Assembly: GCF_008065095.1 (NCBI RefSeq)
Contig: NZ_CP042911.1
Location: 7,530,001-7,562,000, forward strand
Reading direction: 5' to 3'
DNA length: 32,000 bases
DNA from: Gemmata obscuriglobus
Lineage (GTDB): Bacteria > Planctomycetota > Planctomycetia > Gemmatales > Gemmataceae
Shown piece by piece: positions 27,467 through 32,000 of the stretch (positions are counted from its first letter, which is position 1; each line of letters starts with the position of its first letter). The notes beneath the pieces are model-generated. The model was not told the origin of the DNA. It did no database searches and was given only the letters and a program-made list of their open reading frames with translations. The translations under genes were made by a program, and so were the position numbers.

Positions 27467-27600
27467 CTCAAGCTCCCTTGCAGAACGGGACAGAAAACAC
27501 CCGCCACGCCGGTGTGGCGGGCGGTGAACAGCGCCGAGGCGGCGCACAGGTGCCACGCCGCGGGGATCAGCACGGCGACGGTGAGCAGGAGCGTGACCAC
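27454..27600 (-). CDS. Possible micro-ORF encoding a 48-aa hydrophobic peptide
   Basis: Not in the track. GTG 27600 lies 6 nt after the upstream stop and 9 nt after GGAG. Translation: (M)VTLLLTVAVLIPAAWHLCAASALFTARHTGVAGVFCPVLQGSLRCAT*. It overlaps the next ATG by 13 nt. Confidence 0.25.
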   Translation of the reverse strand: MVTLLLTVAVLIPAAWHLCAASALFTARHTGVAGVFCPVLQGSLRCAT

Positions 27601-27606
27601 GGCGGT

Positions 27607-27876
27607 TCACTCCTTCTTGGTGGGAACGGGCGGCGTGGAACTCGGGTCCAGCGGCGGCGCCGCGCCCGTCTCGCCGACCAGCACCACTTCGACCTCGTGC
27701 TGGCTGTCGCGCACCGCCTGGGTGAGCTGCTCCTGCACCAGGTCCGCCTCGCGGTCCGCCAGCGCCGCGTTCGCGGTGTGCGCGGCGGCCCGGCACCGGT
27801 GGTAGGCGGCGCGGGTCGCCAGGTCCCGCAGCCGCTGCGACATCGCCCGGATCTCGGCGACCGTGTGGCCCGACAT
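27607..27876 (-). CDS. Hypothetical helical protein (89 aa)
   Basis: ATG 27876 has GGAGG 7 nt upstream. Translation: MSGHTVAEIRAMSQRLRDLATRAAYHRCRAAAHTANAALADREADLVQEQLTQAV... It overlaps the S8 gene end by 16 nt. The track start (GTG 27894) is also possible. Confidence 0.5.
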   Translation of the reverse strand: MSGHTVAEIRAMSQRLRDLATRAAYHRCRAAAHTANAALADREADLVQEQLTQAVRDSQHEVEVVLVGETGAAPPLDPSSTPPVPTKKE

Positions 27877-27890
27877 CGGCGCCCCTCCGC

Positions 27891-29057
27891 TCACGGCCGC
27901 GGGGCCAGTTCGAGGACGATCCGCTTCACCGGCCGGCCGTCAAGCGTGAGCCCGGGCAGGACCAGCTCCACCTTGTCCCCGATCGGCACCGGCACCACCG
28001 GGTCCTTCGGGTCGGGCACCGGGGCGTCGCCCGCGGGCAGCAGTTTGGCCGGCTGGATCAGCCCGAACCCGGTCGCGGTGTCGCGCCCGGACGGCGGCAG
28101 GTCCTTCGCCGTCTCGCCGATCCGCTTGGCGAAGTCGTCCGGGGTGGGCTTCACCCCGAGCGCCTTGCACCGCGCGACGTACAGCGCCGCACACCCGGCG
28201 ACGTACGGCGTGGCCATCGAGGTGCCGCTCATCGTCGCGAACCGGTCGCCCGGGTAGCACGAGCGGATGTTGACGCCCGGGGCGGCGATGACCACCTGGC
28301 GGCCCCGGGAGCTGAACGACGCGGTGGCGAGGGCCGAGTCGATCGCGGCGACGCAGATCACGCCCGGGGAGCCGCCCGGGTACCCGACGGTCCCCTCGCG
28401 CGGCCCCTCGTTACCGGCCGCGGCGATCACCAGCACGCCCTTAGCGCGGGCCGCGGCGATCGCGGCCCGGATGCGCGCGTCCTCGGACGGGCTGCCGAGG
28501 CTCATGGAGATCACGTCGGCGCCCTGCTCCACCGCCCAGTCGATCCCGGCCGCGATGCCCGAGGAGAGCCCCGAGCCGGAGTCGCCGAGCACCTTGCCGA
28601 CGAGCAGCTGGGCCTCGGGCGCGACGCCCACCATGCCGACCGCGTTCTCGGCGGCCAGCACGATGCCGGCGCAGTGCGACCCGTGCCCGTTCACGTCGGA
28701 GCTGCCGGAGCGGCTCCCCGTGAAGTCCCGGGCGGCGACGATCTGGGCCTTCAGGTCGCGGTGCCCGGAGTCGCACCCGGTGTCGAGCACGGCCACCCTC
28801 GCGCCCTTCCCCTTGGTCACCTTCCACGCGTCGGGCACCCCGATCGCGGCGTGCCCCCAGTCGGCCACGTCGCCGGCGTCGGCCAGCGCCTGCACCGCGC
28901 TCGGCGCGAGCTCGTTGGGCGGCAGCTTGTACTCGCGGTCCGGCTCGGCCGCGGCGGCCGGCGGGGGCGCGGGCAGCGGCCGCTCGGCCCGCGGGAACGC
29001 GAGGCCGGCGGCGCAGAACAGGGCCGCGGTCAGGACCGCGGCGGCGTAGTGTCGCAT
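27891..29057 (-). CDS. Secreted S8 (subtilisin-like) serine peptidase
   Basis: Signal peptide MRHYAAAVLTAALFCAAGLAFP. Triad motifs: VAVLDTGCD (Asp), HGSHCAGIV (His), GTSMATPYVAG (Ser). 388 aa. Confidence 0.9.
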   Translation of the reverse strand: MRHYAAAVLTAALFCAAGLAFPRAERPLPAPPPAAAAEPDREYKLPPNELAPSAVQALADAGDVADWGHAAIGVPDAWKVTKGKGARVAVLDTGCDSGHRDLKAQIVAARDFTGSRSGSSDVNGHGSHCAGIVLAAENAVGMVGVAPEAQLLVGKVLGDSGSGLSSGIAAGIDWAVEQGADVISMSLGSPSEDARIRAAIAAARAKGVLVIAAAGNEGPREGTVGYPGGSPGVICVAAIDSALATASFSSRGRQVVIAAPGVNIRSCYPGDRFATMSGTSMATPYVAGCAALYVARCKALGVKPTPDDFAKRIGETAKDLPPSGRDTATGFGLIQPAKLLPAGDAPVPDPKDPVVPVPIGDKVELVLPGLTLDGRPVKRIVLELAPRP

Positions 29058-29176
29058 GGGTGCTCCGGGCGGGTCGGGATCGGGTCCCGCGACACGTCCG
29101 CCGGCGGCGTCGCCGGGGCGGTGTGCGGGAGCTCGGGGACGGCGGACAGGGCGGCGAACAGGACGAGCGCGAGCAT
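29030..29176 (-). CDS. Possible micro-ORF encoding a 48-aa signal-peptide-bearing Pro-rich peptide
   Basis: ATG 29176 has GGAGG 6 nt upstream. Translation: MLALVLFAALSAVPELPHTAPATPPADVSRDPIPTRPEHPCDTTPPRS*. It overlaps the S8 start by 28 nt. This is the tail of track ORF 29030..29482. Confidence 0.3.
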   Translation of the reverse strand: MLALVLFAALSAVPELPHTAPATPPADVSRDPIPTRPEHPCDTTPPRS

Positions 29177-29199
29177 GACGGCCTCCGGGGGAACGGGTG

Positions 29200-29700
29200 C
29201 TAGTACTTCCCGGCGCGCCGGGAGGTGTCCGCGCGGGACAGCATGGCCTTGGCCACCAGCCGCCCGTACGTGGCCTCCAGGAACGCGTCCCGGGCGGCCA
29301 CCGCCTGGGCCTCGGTGGCGAACCAGTCGCCCACCCGCTGGTAGCTCCGCTTCCGGTCCCCGCCCGCGCCGGGCGCGGCGGTCGGGATCAGCACGAAGTA
29401 CCGGACCGGGTCCCCGCGGCCGAAGCTGTACTGGTTGCGGCTCGCGCGCACGAACTTGGGCTTCGCCGCCAGCTCGCCCCACCAGTACTTCTGGACCGCG
29501 CCCCGGGCCTGCCCCGGGGTCCCGAACGTCCCCAGGTTCACGCGGGTGCGCGTCTCCGGGTCGTACGGCCGGGCCTGGTACCGCCCGCCCTTGACCCGGC
29601 GCACGTACCGGTCGGGGTCGGCACGCCAGGTGCGGATCACCCGGTCGTCCTGTGCGGGCGGGCCGGGCGGTGGTGCGGACGGTGCGGCTCCGACGGCCAT
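29200..29700 (-). CDS. Putative DNA-binding protein with two AP2 (integrase-type)-like modules
   Basis: YVRRVKGGRYQARPYDPETRTRVNLGTFGTPGQARGAV and SYQRVGDWFATEAQAVAARDAFL fit the bacterial/phage AP2 pattern (Y.GV....y.A.i.....r..LGtF.t.eeA..A). ATG 29700 was chosen; the track ORF extends to GTG 29763. Confidence 0.5.
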   Translation of the reverse strand: MAVGAAPSAPPPGPPAQDDRVIRTWRADPDRYVRRVKGGRYQARPYDPETRTRVNLGTFGTPGQARGAVQKYWWGELAAKPKFVRASRNQYSFGRGDPVRYFVLIPTAAPGAGGDRKRSYQRVGDWFATEAQAVAARDAFLEATYGRLVAKAMLSRADTSRRAGKY

Positions 29701-29804
29701 TGACCTTCCCCGTGTGCGTGGGAGAATGACAACGGCCGGTCGGCTCGTCACGGGGCGCGACACCAGGGGCGGTGGGAGTTAGCGGCTCCCGCCGCCCGTC
29801 GCGT

Positions 29805-29933
29805 TTACGGGGTCATGGTGCCCGGGCGGGTTGCCCGGATGGAAGTGGGGCGCGGCCGCGCGCCCGCAGATGGGAAGTCGGTCACCTCACCAGCTCTGAA
29901 TTCCTCGAACCCAGCGTGCGCCTCCGACCTCAT
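29805..29933 (-). CDS. Possible 42-aa micro-ORF coupled to the RHH gene
   Basis: ATG 29933 overlaps the RHH stop as ATGA. Translation: MRSEAHAGFEEFRAGEVTDFPSAGARPRPTSIRATRPGTMTP*. There is no other support. Confidence 0.2.
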   Translation of the reverse strand: MRSEAHAGFEEFRAGEVTDFPSAGARPRPTSIRATRPGTMTP

Positions 29934-30202
29934 GAGCCGCCCTTCGGCTTGGGCGGCCGCCCGCGCGTCTTCGCACCGCTCGCGGCAGGTGCGGGCGCCG
30001 GCACCGGCGGGAGCGGGGGCAGCACCGGCACCGGGGGCGGGTTGTCCATGTGCCGCCGCAGCGCCATCTCCAGGTGGCCCACGATCGTCTCCCCGCGGTC
30101 CCGGCAGAACTGCCGGAACCGGTCCGCGAGCGCCCCGTCGATCTCGTAGTTGAACTGCTTGGCCCCGGCCACGTTCTGCCGGGGCCGCGTCCGCTTCGCC
30201 AT
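29930..30202 (-). CDS. Ribbon-helix-helix (Arc/CopG-like) regulator with C-terminal AT-hook
   Basis: MAKRTRPRQNVAGAKQFNYEIDGALADRFRQFCRDRGETIVGHLEMALRRHM fits a strand-helix-helix layout. A Pro-rich linker follows, then KTRGRPPKPKGG (RGRP AT-hook core). ATG 30202 has GAGG 8 nt upstream. Confidence 0.6.
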   Translation of the reverse strand: MAKRTRPRQNVAGAKQFNYEIDGALADRFRQFCRDRGETIVGHLEMALRRHMDNPPPVPVLPPLPPVPAPAPAASGAKTRGRPPKPKGGS

Positions 30203-30263
30203 GTCCGCACCTCGTCCGCGCCACCGCAGTGCCCCGCCCACTCTACGCGGCCCCCGCCCGGGC

Positions 30264-30319
30264 GTCACTAGTGTCGGCCTAGAAATTCCCCAGCGATTTC
30301 CCTTCGCCAGTCACTAGTG
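30264..30319. promoter_or_regulatory. Divergent control region with two copies of the palindrome GTCACTAGTG
   Basis: GTCACTAGTG occurs at 30264-30273 and 30310-30319, centres 46 bp apart. The core CACTAGTG is self-complementary. The intervening sequence is the most AT-rich stretch locally (CTAGAAATTCCCCAGCGATTTCCC). It lies between the leftward RHH gene and the rightward small-gene operon. Confidence 0.55.
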
Positions 30320-30401
30320 ATTCGCTAGCATGCGTCCCGTTGGGGCGTGCGACGGGCGGCCATTCGGGCCGCCCGCGTGCGTTCCCGGGGAGGGTCTGGC
30401 G

Positions 30402-30608
30402 ATGTGCAAGGCCGAACTGCCGGGCGAGATCAAGGACCGGCTGGTGAACGCGGTGACCGCGTTCGACACCTGGGACGAGCTGAAGGCGGCGATGGACGGC
30501 GGCTACGTGCCGACGATCCGGGGGGAGACGGAGAACGAGCGCAAGCTCATCTGCCTGATCCTGGCCGAGGGCTACCGGGCCTGGGGCAACAAGGGCCGGA
30601 ACTGGTGA
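30402..30608 (+). CDS. Hypothetical protein (68 aa)
   Basis: ATG 30402 has GGAGGG 9 nt upstream. Translation: MCKAELPGEIKDRLVNAVTAFDTWDELKAAMDGGYVPTIRGETENERKLICLILAEGYRAWGNKGRNW. It lies inside track ORF 30330..30608. Confidence 0.55.
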   Translation: MCKAELPGEIKDRLVNAVTAFDTWDELKAAMDGGYVPTIRGETENERKLICLILAEGYRAWGNKGRNW

Positions 30609-30714
30609 CCCGCGGCGGGGGCCTCCGAGGCCCCCGCCCTCTTAATGCAGCCCGCGGCTGGAACCGCGGCCGGTCGCAAGCCCGGGTGAATGCAGAGCGC
30701 GGGAGGGGTTCGGA
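30609..30714 (+). repeat. Intergenic module copy 1 (hairpin / TAATGCAGCC / hairpin / CAAGCCCGG..GAATGCAGAG / SD)
   Basis: 11-bp GC stem at 30614-30638; TAATGCAGCC at 30643-30652; CCGCGG-N6-CCGCGG; CAAGCCCGGGTGAATGCAGAG; GGGAGG 8 nt before ATG 30715. Confidence 0.7.
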
Positions 30715-30963
30715 ATGCAAGCGGTGAAGAACGTGGCGGGGTGGGCGCTGGGGGCGGCCCTGGTGTGGTTCCTGATCACCTCGCTCAAGGCGGTGGCCCC
30801 GGCGGCCGCGGTCGAGGCGGCCCCGGTCGGCGCGCGGGTCGGGCACCTGCTGCTCCACCTGGCCCTCGGGTTCGCTTACGGGCGGTGCCTGGTCGGGGTG
30901 GTGGCGGCGGCCCTGAAGCCGCTGTGGGACCGGTTCCTCGACGGGCCAGCCCGGACGACGTGA
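30715..30963 (+). CDS. Small membrane protein (82 aa, two hydrophobic helices)
   Basis: Track ORF. Translation: MQAVKNVAGWALGAALVWFLITSLKAV...GHLLLHLALGFAYGRCLVGVVAAAL. Strong SD. Confidence 0.55.
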   Translation: MQAVKNVAGWALGAALVWFLITSLKAVAPAAAVEAAPVGARVGHLLLHLALGFAYGRCLVGVVAAALKPLWDRFLDGPARTT

Positions 30964-31067
30964 CCGATCGCGGCCCCGAGAAACCGGGGCCGCGGCCCTT
31001 AACCCGACCGCCCCACGGTGGGGCGCTGGTGACAAGTCCAGCAACGGGGAGTCAAGGGAGGCTGCTC
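30964..31067 (+). repeat. Intergenic module copy 2 (degenerate)
   Basis: 10-bp GC stem at 30969-30994; CTTAACCCGACC in place of TAATGCAGCC; second hairpin CGCCCCA-CGG-TGGGGCG; CAAGTCCAG...CAAGGGAGG SD before ATG 31068. Confidence 0.55.
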
Positions 31068-31304
31068 ATGCAAGCCGACGACGAGGCGTTTTGCGCGCTG
31101 GTGCGGCGGGTCCAGGGGAACCTGGACCGCGGGCTCCTGTGCGAGGAGGAGGACCACGAGGCCCTCTCCGAGCGGCTCCGGGGGTGCGAGACGGTGGCAG
31201 ACGTGGAGGCGCTGCAGCGGACCGCGCTGCGGTGGAACTACGCGACGCGGCCGCTCGACCCGTGGGACGACTGGCAATCCACGCTCGACACGACGCGCAA
31301 CTAG
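31068..31304 (+). CDS. Hypothetical protein (78 aa)
   Basis: ATG 31068 has GGAGG 7 nt upstream. Translation: MQADDEAFCALVRRVQGNLDRGLLCEEEDHEALSERLRGCETVADVEALQRTALRWNYATRPLDPWDDWQSTLDTTRN. This is the tail of track ORF 30690..31304. Confidence 0.55.
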   Translation: MQADDEAFCALVRRVQGNLDRGLLCEEEDHEALSERLRGCETVADVEALQRTALRWNYATRPLDPWDDWQSTLDTTRN

Positions 31305-31426
31305 CCCGACGCGGCCCCCGAACCCGGGGGCCGCGGGCCGTAATGCAGCCGCCGCGGCACGCGCCGCGGCGCCGGTCCCAAGCCCGGAGCGAATGCAGAG
31401 GGGGGTGAACGAACGGAGGTTTTCAG
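31305..31426 (+). repeat. Intergenic module copy 3
   Basis: 10-bp GC stem at 31311-31334; TAATGCAGCC at 31341-31350; GCCGCGGC-ACGC-GCCGCGGC; CCAAGCCCGGAGCGAATGCAGAG (GAATGCAGAG at 31391-31400); GGAGG 8 nt before ATG 31427. Confidence 0.7.
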
Positions 31427-32000
31427 ATGGTGACAACGGAAGCAACGCCCCGGGAGCAGACGGCGGACGTGAACGGCGTGCACGTCCGCGTCGGCCCGTG
31501 GCGGGACGGCGGCCTCGCGGCGAGCGTGTACCCGCTCGCGGGCGGCCGCGGCCCGAGCTGGGTCAGCGACGACCCGGAGGCGGTCGCGCTGGCGCGGGCG
31601 GTGATTGCGGAGCAGCGGGGCGAGGAGGTGCTCGCCGACTACCTGGACGACAACCCGCAACCGGACACGTGCGGCGAACGGGCCGCCAGCTTGCTGCGAC
31701 AGCACGTGACCCCGCCCCGCGTCCACACGCGGACGTGGCCGGGCAGCGGGACCGCGACGGTCACGGACATGGCCCACGCCGGGAAGCGCGGCAAGACCTG
31801 CCGCGTGCTCCGGTTCAACGGCTGGGGCGCCGGGGCCGCGCGCCCGGGCACGCCCGAGGACCGGTGCGGCGGGTTCTGCCAGGGCGTCTGCCACTGGCTC
31901 GACGGGATCAGCCTGCACACCGACTTCGAGGCGCTCCGGGCCGAGCTGCTCGCCCGGCTCGCGGCGTACACCGCGGGCGACCCGGAGGCGGCGCGGGTGT
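31427..32000 (+). CDS. Hypothetical protein, 5' part (open to window end)
   Basis: Not in the track because it is open-ended. There are no stops in 191 codons and GC3 is very high. Translation: MVTTEATPREQTADVNGVHVRVGPWRDGG...EEVLADYLDDNPQPDTCGERAASLL (TIGR02996-like flavour)...CGGFCQGVCHWLDG... Confidence 0.6.
   Translation, partial: MVTTEATPREQTADVNGVHVRVGPWRDGGLAASVYPLAGGRGPSWVSDDPEAVALARAVIAEQRGEEVLADYLDDNPQPDTCGERAASLLRQHVTPPRVHTRTWPGSGTATVTDMAHAGKRGKTCRVLRFNGWGAGAARPGTPEDRCGGFCQGVCHWLDGISLHTDFEALRAELLARLAAYTAGDPEAARV

Overview
32-kb window of very GC-rich DNA: roughly two-thirds G+C by eye, strong GC3 in real genes, and many long spurious antisense ORFs. Gene content points to a Planctomycete of the Gemmata type. 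The evidence is a TIGR02996-type motif, ECF sigma factors coupled to ZAS/Ser-Thr-kinase/WD40 proteins, a giant DUF4214 + thrombospondin-type-3-repeat protein, and an 'ILADALQDAGC...HVRGCW' paralog family. Layout, left to right. 1-1360: the start of an M28-like peptidase gene, and an endonuclease-III-like gene whose middle has been replaced by ~0.7 kb of ~50% GC phage-like DNA. 1361-5604: two paralogs flanking an ECF sigma/anti-sigma pair and an orphan csrA. 5644-6791: a 5'-truncated, frameshifted group II intron. 6832-9501: ppdK. 9636-14401: small orphan genes, a SWIM/TIGR02996 protein, a DUF429-like protein, a degenerate-M48 lipoprotein and an integrase scrap. 14433-23367: a 4.5-kb giant secreted protein gene, a ZAS-kinase-WD40 gene and its ECF sigma. 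At 23906-23947 a tRNA-Met 3' half marks what I interpret as the edge of an integrated element filling the rest of the window. That element carries a UmuC-like polymerase with a divergent SRAP-like gene, and a tightly overlapped nine-ORF leftward operon (RHH/AT-hook, AP2-like, S8 subtilase, Cys-rich and micro-ORF products). It also has a divergent control region with twin CACTAGTG palindromes, and a rightward operon of small genes separated by a reiterated hairpin/AATGCAG module. This last block is my best candidate for an undescribed system. No rRNA, intact tRNA or CRISPR array was seen. All family calls are from motif recognition by eye, not from database searches.
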